Sequence record: DRR723986_2326
Reading direction: 5' to 3' (one strand)
DNA length: 59,595 bases
Part shown: positions 36,149 through 46,179 of the stretch, one piece after another
How positions within the stretch are numbered: position 1 is the stretch's first letter
How the letters are laid out: every line of letters starts with the position of its first letter
Notes under the pieces: generated by a model
What the model was told of the DNA's origin: nothing
Databases searched by the model: none
What the model saw: the letters and a program-made list of their open reading frames with translations, nothing else
Program-made: the position numbers and the translations under genes

Positions 36149-36186
36149 CCAAACCCCCTTTAATTCCGAAGAACTGAGGTTTCCAA

Positions 36187-37260
36187 ATGACGGTCATCGA
36201 CCCAGATTCCCTTACAGCAGACGCACGTCGCGCGCGTCGGTTTACCCGGATCAACAAAGCAGATGCTTGGCTCCAAGCGGTCGGGCTGGCGTGGGTGACA
36301 CCCATTCTCAAGGCTGCCGCAGGGGACAATCCGCGCGCGCAACTGTCCGAGATTTGGCGATTGTTGGGGGTGCCCGTTCTGGCAATCCTTATTTTCCTTG
36401 CTATGTGGGCCGCATTGGCCCCCAAGGTACAAACCTCTTTGGGGGCGATCCCGGGCCCGGCGCAGGTGGTCGAGCAGGCGATCAACCTGAACACCGATGC
36501 GGTGCGTGAGCGGGCGAAAGAGGCTGCGTTTTATGACCGCCAAGACGCGCGCAATGCCAAATTGATTGCCAATGGCAAGGCCGACAAGGTCAAAAACCGC
36601 ACCTATACGGGCAAGCCGACCTATTATCAGCAGATCTGGACGTCGATCAAAACGGTGTTCTTTGGGTTTCTGTTTGCCTCGGTCATTGCCATTCCCTTGG
36701 GGATCATGGCGGGTCTGTCCGCCACGGCAAACGCTGCGATCAATCCGCTGATCCAGATCTTTAAACCGGTCAGCCCGTTGGCGTGGCTGCCGATTGTCAC
36801 CATGGTCGTATCGGCAATGTATGCCACAAACGATGGGATGTTTTCGAAGTCATTTCTTGTGTCTGCGATCACCGTCACCCTGTGTTCCTTGTGGCCAACA
36901 TTGATCAACACCGCGCTTGGCGTGTCATCAATCGACAAAGATCTGGTGAGCGTGTCCAAGGTTTTGAAAATGTCGACTTACGCCAAGATCACCAAGCTGG
37001 TTTTGCCCTCGGCCCTGCCGTTGATCTTCACCGGATTGCGCCTGTCGCTGGGGGTCGGGTGGATGGTTTTGATTGCTGCCGAAATGTTGGCGCAGAACCC
37101 AGGGCTGGGAAAATTCGTCTGGGATGAGTTCCAAAACGGATCGTCGCAGTCGTTGGCCAAGATCATGGTGGCCGTCTTTACCATCGGGATCATCGGGTTC
37201 TTGTTGGATCGTGTCATGTACGTTCTGCAATCCATGTTCACCTTTTCCGAGAACAGGTAA
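36187..37260 (+). CDS. nrtB: Nitrate ABC transporter permease
   Basis: FKPVSPLAWLP, WPTLINTALG, GLRLSLGVGWMVLIAAEML and GLGKFVWDE motifs. Confidence 0.93.
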   Translation: MTVIDPDSLTADARRARRFTRINKADAWLQAVGLAWVTPILKAAAGDNPRAQLSEIWRLLGVPVLAILIFLAMWAALAPKVQTSLGAIPGPAQVVEQAINLNTDAVRERAKEAAFYDRQDARNAKLIANGKADKVKNRTYTGKPTYYQQIWTSIKTVFFGFLFASVIAIPLGIMAGLSATANAAINPLIQIFKPVSPLAWLPIVTMVVSAMYATNDGMFSKSFLVSAITVTLCSLWPTLINTALGVSSIDKDLVSVSKVLKMSTYAKITKLVLPSALPLIFTGLRLSLGVGWMVLIAAEMLAQNPGLGKFVWDEFQNGSSQSLAKIMVAVFTIGIIGFLLDRVMYVLQSMFTFSENR

Positions 37261-37265
37261 TCGTC

Positions 37266-38942
37266 ATGAGCATTCTTCGTTTTCAAAACGTGTCCAAGGG
37301 ATTTGGGACCGGAACCGACCGGGTTGAAATCCTGAGGGATATCAACCTTGAGATCGCACAGGGGGAATTCGTTGCTATCCTTGGGTTTTCTGGGACGGGT
37401 AAATCGACCCTGATGAATCTGATTGCCGGGCTTGAAACCCCGGACACGGGCAAGGTCATGTTCAAAGGCGCGCCTGTTGTGGGGCCGGGGCCCGAACGTG
37501 GGCTTGTGTTTCAAAGCTATTCCCTGATGCCGTGGCTAACAGTGGGGGGCAATGTTGGGCTGGCGGTCGATGCGGTTTTTCCCAAACTGTCCAAAGCCGA
37601 ACGTCAGGCCAAGATCGAACATTATGTTGCAATGGTGGGTCTGTTGCATGCGATCGGCCGCCGCCCTTCGGAGTTATCGGGTGGAATGCGGCAGCGGGTG
37701 TCTGTTGCGCGGGCTTTGGCGATGAATCCTGAGATGCTGCTGCTGGACGAACCACTGTCCGCGCTTGATGCGTTGACGCGGGCGAACCTTGCGGATGAGA
37801 TTTTGGAGATCTGGGAAAAGGAAAAGAAAACCTGCATTCTTATCACCAATGATGTCGACGAGGCCATTCTGCTGGCGGACCGGATCATTCCTCTGAACCC
37901 TGACGGCACACTGGCTGACCCCGTTGAGGTGGCTATTCCGCGCCCGCGTGATCGCTCTGACATGAATGATGATGCCAGTTTCAAACGCTTGCGGGCACAG
38001 GTCACGCAATACCTGATGGATGTGGGCATCGCCACCAAAGTGGAAGACAGTCGCTTGCTGCCAGATGTGACGCCAATACACGGGGTACCAAAGGTGGTGG
38101 CCCAAGCCCAAAAGGCCGGGATCGAAGAGCGCTTTCTCACGTTTTCAGAGCTGCACAAGGTCTATCCAACGCCCAAAGGTCCGCTGACTGTGGTCGAGGA
38201 TTTTAATCTTAAGATCAACAAGGGGGAATTCATTAGCCTGATCGGGCATTCCGGATGTGGCAAATCCACGGTCCTGACGATGGCTGCGGGATTGAACGCA
38301 ATTTCCAAGGGCGCGATCCGATTGGATGGCTGGAACGTAGAGGGCGCAGACCCCGAACGTGCGGTTGTGTTCCAATCACCGAACCTGTTCCCTTGGCTGA
38401 CTGCCAAAGAGAACGTGGCGATTGGCGTCGACAAGGTTTACCCGCAGGCCTCGCAGGCTGAACGCCAGGATGTGATTGAATACTACTTGGAACGGGTTGG
38501 CCTTGCGGACAGTATGGATCAGCAAGCCTCCAGCATGTCGAACGGGATGAAGCAGCGCGTTGGCATTGCGCGCGCCTTTGCCCTGTCGCCCAAATTGCTG
38601 TTGCTGGATGAACCTTTCGGGATGCTGGACAGCCTGACCCGGTGGGAGCTGCAAGAGGTCCTGATGGAGGTTTGGTCGCGCACCAAAGTCACCGCGATCT
38701 GTGTCACCCATGATGTCGACGAGGCGATTTTGTTGGCGGACCGGGTGGTGATGATGACCAACGGCCCGCAGGCGACAATCGGTAAGATCACGGATGTGAA
38801 ACTGCCACGCCCACGCACCCGCAAGGCGTTGCTGGCGCATCCCGACTATTACACCTACCGCGCCGAGGTTCTTGATTTCTTGGAGGAATACGAACACGGC
38901 GCCAAGCCCAAACCGAAACCAACACATATTGCGGCGGAGTAA
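37266..38942 (+). CDS. Nitrate ABC transporter ATPase with two fused nucleotide-binding domains (NrtC/D-like)
   Basis: Two Walker A motifs (GFSGTGKST, GHSGCGKST) and two LLDEP Walker B motifs in one 558-aa ORF. Confidence 0.92.
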   Translation: MSILRFQNVSKGFGTGTDRVEILRDINLEIAQGEFVAILGFSGTGKSTLMNLIAGLETPDTGKVMFKGAPVVGPGPERGLVFQSYSLMPWLTVGGNVGLAVDAVFPKLSKAERQAKIEHYVAMVGLLHAIGRRPSELSGGMRQRVSVARALAMNPEMLLLDEPLSALDALTRANLADEILEIWEKEKKTCILITNDVDEAILLADRIIPLNPDGTLADPVEVAIPRPRDRSDMNDDASFKRLRAQVTQYLMDVGIATKVEDSRLLPDVTPIHGVPKVVAQAQKAGIEERFLTFSELHKVYPTPKGPLTVVEDFNLKINKGEFISLIGHSGCGKSTVLTMAAGLNAISKGAIRLDGWNVEGADPERAVVFQSPNLFPWLTAKENVAIGVDKVYPQASQAERQDVIEYYLERVGLADSMDQQASSMSNGMKQRVGIARAFALSPKLLLLDEPFGMLDSLTRWELQEVLMEVWSRTKVTAICVTHDVDEAILLADRVVMMTNGPQATIGKITDVKLPRPRTRKALLAHPDYYTYRAEVLDFLEEYEHGAKPKPKPTHIAAE

Positions 38943-38945
38943 GAC

Positions 38946-41372
38946 ATGACTCAGAAACTTGTTGTTATCGGCGCGGGCATGGCCTCGGGCCGGGTGCTGG
39001 AACACCTTTTCGAAGCCCATGCAGATTTTAATGTGACCCTGTTCAATGCCGAAGAGCGCGGCAACTATAATCGGATCATGCTGTCGCCCGTTCTGTCGGG
39101 CGAAAAAACCTATGATGACATCGTCACCCATGATGCGCGGTGGTATGCGGACCATGGGGTGACCTGCCATTTTGGCACGCATGTCACTGCAATTGACCGT
39201 CACGCAAAGACGGTCACCAGCGCGCGGGGCACGGTGGCGTATGACAAGCTGATCATTGCGACCGGCTCTGCCCCGTTTATCATTCCCGTTCAGGGCAAGG
39301 ATCTGCCCGGCGTTGTCACCTATCGCGATCTGGACGACACCAACGCGATGATCGAAGCATCGCAAACGGGAGGCAAAGCGGTTGTGATTGGTGGGGGCTT
39401 GCTGGGGCTGGAAGCCGCCGCAGGTCTGGCCGAACGCGGCATGGATGTGACCGTGTTGCACCTGATGGGCCATCTGATGGAGCGGCAACTGGACGAGGCG
39501 GCTGGGTTCCTTTTGCGGCGTGATCTGGAAAAGCGCGGGATCAAAGTGAAATGCCGCGCTTCAACTGCGGCGATCCTAGGCAGCACCCATGTCGAAGGTG
39601 TGATGCTGGAAGACAACGAAGGGCTTGAGGCCGATCTGGTCGTCATGGCGGTGGGTATTCGGCCAGAAACGCGGCTGGCAACGGATGCAGGGATTGAAGT
39701 TGCGCGGGGCATTGAGGTCAACGCCCAATTGCAGACGTCGGACCCTGACATCTATGCGGTGGGGGAATGTGTTGAGCTGGATGGTCAGTTGTTTGGCCTT
39801 GTCGCGCCCTTGTATGATCAAGCCAAAGTTCTCGCGAACGACTTGATGGACGGTGCGGGTGCATTCATCCCCAAAGAGCTTTCGACCAAGTTGAAGGTGA
39901 CGGGGTGTGATTTGTTCAGCGCGGGCGATTTTAGCGCCGGTGAGGGGCGCGAAGATATTGTGTTCCGTGATCCTGCGCGGGGTGTTTATCGGCGTCTGGT
40001 GATCGAGAATGATTGCCTTGTTGGGGCGGTCATGTACGGGGACACCACCGACAGCAATTGGTTCTTTGGCTTGATCCGCGACAAGACCGAAATCGCCGAG
40101 ATGCGCGATACGCTTATCTTTGGCCCCGCTTATCAGGGGGGATCCCCTGCGGACCCGCTCTCAGCCGTTGCAGCCTTACCGCGTGATGCGGAAATCTGTG
40201 GGTGTAACGGCATATGCAAAGGTCAGATCGAAGATGCAATCGCTGCGGGTGCCACCGATCTGGGCGCCGTGCGGGATGTTACAAAAGCCTCGGGATCGTG
40301 TGGCACTTGCACAGGGTTGGTCGAACAGGTTCTTGCCGTCACCTTGGGCGATGAGTTTGTCTTACCCACAGCGCAAAGCATGTGCGGATGCACCGACATG
40401 ACCCACGAAGACGTTCGGCGCATGATCAAGTCACAGAAACTGAAGTCCATGCCCGCAGTTTGGCAGGAATGCGGGTGGAAAACGTCGTGTGGCTGCCACA
40501 TTTGCCGGCCGGCTTTGAATTTCTATCTGCTCGCAGATTGGCCGCTAGACTATCGCGATGATCCGCAATCGCGGTTTATCAATGAACGCAAGCACGCCAA
40601 TATTCAGAAAGACGGCACCTTTAGCGTCGTTCCCAGAATGTGGGGCGGTATCACCACTCCGGACGAGTTGCGCGCAATTGCGGATGCAGCGGACAAATAC
40701 GATGTGCCAACCGTCAAAGTCACAGGCGGTCAGAGGATCGACTTGTTGGGGGTCAAAAGCGAAGATCTGCCAGCCATTTGGTTCGATCTCAATCAGGCTG
40801 GCATGGTGTCGGGTCATGCCTATTCCAAAGGTCTGAGAACAGTGAAAACCTGTGTTGGCACCGATCATTGCCGATTTGGCACACAAGACAGCACCGGGCT
40901 TGGTATCAAGTTGGAAAAGGCGCTTTGGGGATCTTGGACTCCGCATAAGTTAAAGCTGGCAGTGTCTGGCTGCCCCCGCAATTGCGCCGAAGCCACGTGT
41001 AAGGACATTGGCGTCGTGTGCGTCGACAGCGGGTTTCAGATCAGCATCGGGGGGGCCGCGGGCATGGATGTTCGCGAAACCCAATTGCTGTGTCAGGTTG
41101 CCACTGAACAAGAGGCGATGGACGTCATCAAAGCGGTCACGCAGTCTTATCGAGAGAATGCGAAATACCTTGATCGTATCTATAAATGGTTGGCTAAAGT
41201 TGGACTTGAATGGATCCAGGCTCAAGTCACTGATCCAGATGTCCGTGCCGGTTTGGTCGATCGGTTTGACCTGTCGCAATCCATTTACCGGACGGACCCT
41301 TGGGCGGAACATGTCGCCAAATCCGAGACTTATCAACCGATTGCAAACCTTACATTGGAGGCTGCGGAATGA
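38946..41372 (+). CDS. nirB: Assimilatory NADH nitrite reductase large subunit
   Basis: FAD/NAD motifs GAGMA and GGGLLGLE; BFD-like Cys clusters; siroheme/4Fe-4S ligands CVGTDHC and SGCPRNC. Confidence 0.96.
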   Translation: MTQKLVVIGAGMASGRVLEHLFEAHADFNVTLFNAEERGNYNRIMLSPVLSGEKTYDDIVTHDARWYADHGVTCHFGTHVTAIDRHAKTVTSARGTVAYDKLIIATGSAPFIIPVQGKDLPGVVTYRDLDDTNAMIEASQTGGKAVVIGGGLLGLEAAAGLAERGMDVTVLHLMGHLMERQLDEAAGFLLRRDLEKRGIKVKCRASTAAILGSTHVEGVMLEDNEGLEADLVVMAVGIRPETRLATDAGIEVARGIEVNAQLQTSDPDIYAVGECVELDGQLFGLVAPLYDQAKVLANDLMDGAGAFIPKELSTKLKVTGCDLFSAGDFSAGEGREDIVFRDPARGVYRRLVIENDCLVGAVMYGDTTDSNWFFGLIRDKTEIAEMRDTLIFGPAYQGGSPADPLSAVAALPRDAEICGCNGICKGQIEDAIAAGATDLGAVRDVTKASGSCGTCTGLVEQVLAVTLGDEFVLPTAQSMCGCTDMTHEDVRRMIKSQKLKSMPAVWQECGWKTSCGCHICRPALNFYLLADWPLDYRDDPQSRFINERKHANIQKDGTFSVVPRMWGGITTPDELRAIADAADKYDVPTVKVTGGQRIDLLGVKSEDLPAIWFDLNQAGMVSGHAYSKGLRTVKTCVGTDHCRFGTQDSTGLGIKLEKALWGSWTPHKLKLAVSGCPRNCAEATCKDIGVVCVDSGFQISIGGAAGMDVRETQLLCQVATEQEAMDVIKAVTQSYRENAKYLDRIYKWLAKVGLEWIQAQVTDPDVRAGLVDRFDLSQSIYRTDPWAEHVAKSETYQPIANLTLEAAE

Positions 41373-41704
41373 GTGACTGGATCGATATTGCTGCGCTGGA
41401 GGCCATCCCGCAGCGGGGGGCGCGGTTGGTGAAAACCGTCCACGGGTGTGTCGCTGTTTTCCGCACAGGGGCGGACGCGGTCTATGCGCTCGACAATGCA
41501 TGCCCGCATAAACAGGGGCCATTGGCGGACGGAATCGTGCATGGCGATGCCGTTACATGCCCGCTGCACAATTGGGTGATTTCGCTTGAAACCGGGGCTG
41601 TTCAGGGCACAGACGAGGGGCAGGTGAATACCTATCCGGCCAAGGTTCGGGACGGGCGCGTCTTGTTGGACGTTGATTTTCTGCACCGGCGGGGGGCCGC
41701 ATGA
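41369..41704 (+). CDS. nirD: Nitrite reductase small Rieske subunit
   Basis: CPHKQGPL and CPLHNW motifs; ATGA overlap. Confidence 0.94.
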   Translation: MSDWIDIAALEAIPQRGARLVKTVHGCVAVFRTGADAVYALDNACPHKQGPLADGIVHGDAVTCPLHNWVISLETGAVQGTDEGQVNTYPAKVRDGRVLLDVDFLHRRGAA

Positions 41705-44280
41705 ACCCGATCCGCACGACGTGCCCTTATTGCGGAGTTGGCTGCGGTATACTTGCCCAAGCGGACGGGACCATTCAGGGCGATCCTGATCATCCCGCCA
41801 ATTTCGGGCGACTGTGTTCCAAAGGCGCCGCACTTGGCGACACGCTTGATCTGGAGGGTCGATTGCTACATCCCCAAATCGGCGGGAAAGATGCCGATTG
41901 GGAAGCGGCCCTAGATCTTGTCGCCACAAAATTCCAATCCGCGATCCAAACATATGGACCGGACAGCGTGGCGTTTTATGTGTCAGGTCAATTGTTGACC
42001 GAAGACTACTATGTCGCGAACAAGCTGATGAAAGGCTTTATCGGATCTGGTAACATCGACACCAATTCGCGGTTGTGTATGGCGTCTTCGGTCGCGGGGC
42101 ATAAGCGGGCGTTTGGAACTGATACGGTGCCCGGCACCTATGCGGATCTGGAACAAGCTGATCTGATCGTTTTGGTCGGCTCCAATTTGGCATGGTGCCA
42201 TCCGGTGTTGCACCAGCGTATTCAGGCCGCCAAGGCCGCGCGGCCCAGTTTGCAGGTCATCAATATTGATCCACGAAAGACTGCGACAACAACGATGGCA
42301 GATACGCATCTGCAAATCGCACCCGATGGCGATATCGTGCTGTTCAATGGGCTTTTGGCTTACCTGGCCGAGAGCGGCTCGATTGATCACGCCTATGTTG
42401 AAAACCATGTTTCCGGGTTTCAGGATGCTGTCACAGGGGCGCGGACCTCAACCCCGACTGACAGTGGGCTGTCGCACCAAGAACTGGCACGATTTTATCA
42501 GGCGTGGGCCAGTACGCAAAAGGTCGTTACTGTTTATTCCCAAGGTGTTAACCAATCGGCTTGCGGCACCGATAAGGTCAACGCCATCCTGAATTGCCAC
42601 CTTGCAACAGGGCGCATTGGCAAGCCGGGATCTGGGCCGTTTTCCGTGACGGGTCAACCCAATGCCATGGGCGGGCGCGAGGTTGGCGGCTTGGCAAATA
42701 CCTTGGCCAGTCACCTCGAGATCGAAAACCCTGCGCATCGGGACGCGGTGCGGGGGTTTTGGGCCAGTCCCACGATGAGCCGCACACCGGGGCTAAAGGC
42801 CGTCGATCTGTTTCAGGCCTGCGCCAAGGGAAAGATCAAAGCGTTGTGGATCATGTCGACCAATCCGGCCGTCAGCATGCCGGACGTGACCCAAGTAACC
42901 CGTGCGATCAAAAACACCCCCTTTGTTGTAGTGTCCGATATCATGGCCCGCACCGATACCGGAGATCTCGCCGACGTTTTGCTGCCAGCCACAGGGTGGG
43001 GGGAAAAAGCGGGAACCGTCACAAACTCCGAACGCCGTATTTCGCGGCAACGCCCCTTTTTGCCTGCACCTATAAATGCGCGACCGGATTGGCAGATCAT
43101 ATGTGATGTTGCGTCCCGCATGGGCTGGGCTGAGGCTTTTGATTATTCGTCCCCCGCGGCGATTTTTGCCGAATATGTTGCACTGTCTGCGATTCCACGC
43201 GCGCAGGGTCTTGATCTGGACCTGAGCAGTTTTGAGGGGGTGGATTACGAGACGCTAGAGCCGACCCAGTGGCCAGAAAATGACACGCGGTTCTTTGCAA
43301 ATGGCACTTTCTATCACCCAGACGGTAAGGCGCGGATGTTAGCCATTGGTGCTCCGGCTCAACCGGAACACAGCGCGTTTCACCTGAACACCGGGCGGAA
43401 CCGGGATCAGTGGCACACCATGACCCGCACCGGCAAAGCACCGCGTTTGGGGGTGCATCTGGCCGAACCCTATGCCGAAATTCATCCCCAAGATGCGGCT
43501 GAGATCGGCGTGTCACACGGCGACATCCTGCATGTCGAAAGTGATCAGGGCAGGGCGCTGTTGCGGGCTTTGCTATCCGACAAAGTTCCCCAATCACAGC
43601 TGTTTGCCCCGATGCATTGGACCCGCCAGCAAAGCAATTCGGGTGTGGTGAATACGCTTACTGCGCCCGTTGTTGACCCGATTTCCGGTCAACCCGCGCT
43701 TAAATCCGGCAATGTGACCGCTCGCAAGTTTAACGCCAAATGGTACGCTTTCGCCGCCTCTTTGTACGAAATGCAATCTGCGGGCGACTATGGGGCGCGT
43801 GCGCGGACACACACCGGCTGGCAAGCCGAGCTCGCGGGCATTGAGCCAATCGAAGACTGGAGCGACTTTGCCAGATCCTTGTTTCAAACGCCAAAAGCAA
43901 GCGTCGCCATTTCGCAGGATTTACAAAGCGGACTCACTCGCGTTGCTCTGTCTCAGAACCGTCGGCTTGTTGGGTTGCTATTTGTGGGGCCGGAACCTGT
44001 GGCGCTTGCGCGGACACATGCTATTTCAGCAATTGGCAGCGAGACACCGGCATTACACAGCTTGGCTGGGCGGGACCCAAAGGGGCAATCCAACCCTGGA
44101 CCAACAGTCTGTGCCTGTATGAACGTGGGGACCAATACCGTGCGCGATGCCGTTTCCTCGGGGGCCTATTCAATTGATGATATAGGCAAGGTAACTGGCG
44201 CCGGTACAAGTTGTGGATCGTGCAAGCCAGAGCTAACAACAATTCTAGAGCAAGCCAAAACGCTGTCAGCAGCGGAGTAA
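41701..44280 (+). CDS. nasA: Assimilatory nitrate reductase catalytic subunit
   Basis: CPYCGVGC...LCSKG, NSRLCMAS, GQPNAMGGRE and TGRNRDQWHTMTRTG motifs; C-terminal CAC...CGSC. Confidence 0.95.
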   Translation: MNPIRTTCPYCGVGCGILAQADGTIQGDPDHPANFGRLCSKGAALGDTLDLEGRLLHPQIGGKDADWEAALDLVATKFQSAIQTYGPDSVAFYVSGQLLTEDYYVANKLMKGFIGSGNIDTNSRLCMASSVAGHKRAFGTDTVPGTYADLEQADLIVLVGSNLAWCHPVLHQRIQAAKAARPSLQVINIDPRKTATTTMADTHLQIAPDGDIVLFNGLLAYLAESGSIDHAYVENHVSGFQDAVTGARTSTPTDSGLSHQELARFYQAWASTQKVVTVYSQGVNQSACGTDKVNAILNCHLATGRIGKPGSGPFSVTGQPNAMGGREVGGLANTLASHLEIENPAHRDAVRGFWASPTMSRTPGLKAVDLFQACAKGKIKALWIMSTNPAVSMPDVTQVTRAIKNTPFVVVSDIMARTDTGDLADVLLPATGWGEKAGTVTNSERRISRQRPFLPAPINARPDWQIICDVASRMGWAEAFDYSSPAAIFAEYVALSAIPRAQGLDLDLSSFEGVDYETLEPTQWPENDTRFFANGTFYHPDGKARMLAIGAPAQPEHSAFHLNTGRNRDQWHTMTRTGKAPRLGVHLAEPYAEIHPQDAAEIGVSHGDILHVESDQGRALLRALLSDKVPQSQLFAPMHWTRQQSNSGVVNTLTAPVVDPISGQPALKSGNVTARKFNAKWYAFAASLYEMQSAGDYGARARTHTGWQAELAGIEPIEDWSDFARSLFQTPKASVAISQDLQSGLTRVALSQNRRLVGLLFVGPEPVALARTHAISAIGSETPALHSLAGRDPKGQSNPGPTVCACMNVGTNTVRDAVSSGAYSIDDIGKVTGAGTSCGSCKPELTTILEQAKTLSAAE

Positions 44281-44356
44281 GTCACGAGGGATACTCCGCT
44301 TGGTTTTATTCACATAACCCTGATTATAAGGCAATCTGCGAGGAGATGGGCACAGT

Positions 44357-45973
44357 TTAGGCCGTTCGATCTTGTAAGATCATGTCACTGGCCTTTTCGC
44401 CGATCATTATTGCTGGCGCGTTGGTGTTGCCGGAAACGATATCAGGCATGATCGAGGCATCCGCGACGCGCAGGCCAGAGATCCCGTGAACGCGCAAACG
44501 ATCATCGACCACGGCAAGCGCATCGCTGCCCATGCGGCAGGTGCTGGTCGGGTGATAGATCGTTTGGCTGATGTCACGGGCACATTGCAGCAATTCTTCG
44601 TCCGTTTCAGGATTGGTACTAGGCACATGCTCTCGGACAACAAAGGGGCTGAGCGCTTTGGTTTTTGTCATGGCGCGTGCGAATTTGATGGCGCGCACCG
44701 CGCACAATTGATCTGCGGTCGCAGACAGGTAGTTCGGCACGATTTTGGGATAGTCCGAAGCCTTTGGCGACGAAATGTGGATGGTGCCCCGGCTTTCTGG
44801 GCGCAGCTGGCACACAGAGGAGGTGATGCCAGAAAACGGGTGCATTTCGATGCCTGGTTTGTCCGCGCTGAGAGGTTGGAAATGGAATTGGATGTCGGGT
44901 GTTTCCAGCCCCTCCATCGATTTCGCAAAGATGCAGACCTGGCTGGCGCCCAAACTCATCGGGCCTTTGCGGAACAGGGCATAGTTCAACCCAATGCCCA
45001 TTCTTGGAATGAAACTGTTGATGGCATCATTCAGGGTTTGGGTGTTCACCTCGTACACCAGTCGAATTTGAAGGTGGTCCTGCAAGTTCTCACCAACGCC
45101 GGGTAACTCGTGGCGCACATCAACGCCCGCCGATTGCAGCACGTCCCCCTTACCGATCCCGGAAAGTTCCAAAATCTGGGGCGATCCGATGGCCCCGGCA
45201 GACAGAACGACCTCGCCACCCGGATTGAGCATCACGTCATGGCTCTGCCCTTTGGTGGTGTACCGCACCCCGATCACGCGCCGGGTTTCGGTGGCATCAA
45301 ACAGCAAAGTTTCGGTATGGGCGTGGGTGATGATTTCTAGATTGGGGCGCTTTTTGGCAGGGTTCAGAAAGGCGCGAGCACTTGAACAGCGGAACCCACC
45401 CCGAGCGGTTTGATGAAAGTACCCGGCCCCTTCTTGTTCTTTGCCATTGTAGTCATCGTTCTTGGGCACCCCCATTTCGACGGCTGCGTCGATAAAGGCG
45501 TCGGCGATGTCGCTGCGGGCGCGAATGAGCGAGACAGACAGCCCCCCATCAGCCCCGTGATGGTCCGTTTCGCCGAATTCATGAGATTCCGACCGTTTGA
45601 ACAAGGGCAGGACGTCGTCATGCCCCCATCCACGGTTGCCCATCTGAGCCCAGCGATCATAATCTTCTTTCTGTCCACGCACATAGAGCAAGCCATTGAT
45701 CGAGCTTGACCCCCCAAGGGTTTTGCCACGCGGCCAATCCAGCGACCGATTGTTCAGCCCCGGATCCTGTTCAGTTTTATAGCACCAGTCAGTATTTGGA
45801 TTGTGCAGAGTCTTAAAATACCCAACCGGGATGTGGATCCACGGGTTAATGTCTTTGCCACCAGCCTCAAGCAGAACAACTTTGATCGCGGGGTCGGTGC
45901 TCAGGCGGTTTGCCACCACACATCCGGCGGATCCGGCTCCAACCACGATATAGTCGGCTTTTGGGGTCTGCAT
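44357..45973 (-). CDS. GMC oxidoreductase (choline dehydrogenase-like)
   Basis: GAGSAG, RGKTLGGSSSING, GENLQDH, YHPTSTC and GNTNAP motifs. Confidence 0.92.
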   Translation of the reverse strand: MQTPKADYIVVGAGSAGCVVANRLSTDPAIKVVLLEAGGKDINPWIHIPVGYFKTLHNPNTDWCYKTEQDPGLNNRSLDWPRGKTLGGSSSINGLLYVRGQKEDYDRWAQMGNRGWGHDDVLPLFKRSESHEFGETDHHGADGGLSVSLIRARSDIADAFIDAAVEMGVPKNDDYNGKEQEGAGYFHQTARGGFRCSSARAFLNPAKKRPNLEIITHAHTETLLFDATETRRVIGVRYTTKGQSHDVMLNPGGEVVLSAGAIGSPQILELSGIGKGDVLQSAGVDVRHELPGVGENLQDHLQIRLVYEVNTQTLNDAINSFIPRMGIGLNYALFRKGPMSLGASQVCIFAKSMEGLETPDIQFHFQPLSADKPGIEMHPFSGITSSVCQLRPESRGTIHISSPKASDYPKIVPNYLSATADQLCAVRAIKFARAMTKTKALSPFVVREHVPSTNPETDEELLQCARDISQTIYHPTSTCRMGSDALAVVDDRLRVHGISGLRVADASIMPDIVSGNTNAPAIMIGEKASDMILQDRTA

Positions 45974-46036
45974 CGTGGGGCCTCCGAAGTGTGATGACTA
46001 GGTGATGGGCTTCTCTGCAGTTAAGCGTACACTCCA

Positions 46037-46063
46037 ATTATTGATACTTCAAGTCTCAATAAT
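46037..46063. promoter_or_regulatory. 27-bp near-perfect palindrome, putative IclR operator
   Basis: ATTATTGA-T-ACTT-C-AAGT-C-TCAATAAT between the divergent GMC and IclR genes. Confidence 0.7.
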
Positions 46064-46179
46064 CGAAATGGACGCTAATGCGAAAATACCGCAATCCTGA
46101 TCCCAGTTGTTTTCTGGCCTATCGACACTCGCGATCTCTTCCGGGTAGGAAGATGCACCGAATATCTAATGAGGGCGAA

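Noticed and set aside
38376-39488. 370-aa minus-strand ORF
   Set aside because: Antisense to nrtCD and nirB; a typical GC-rich shadow ORF.
44357-45973. Gene symbol betA
   Set aside because: Only general GMC motifs are visible and there is no betI/betB context.
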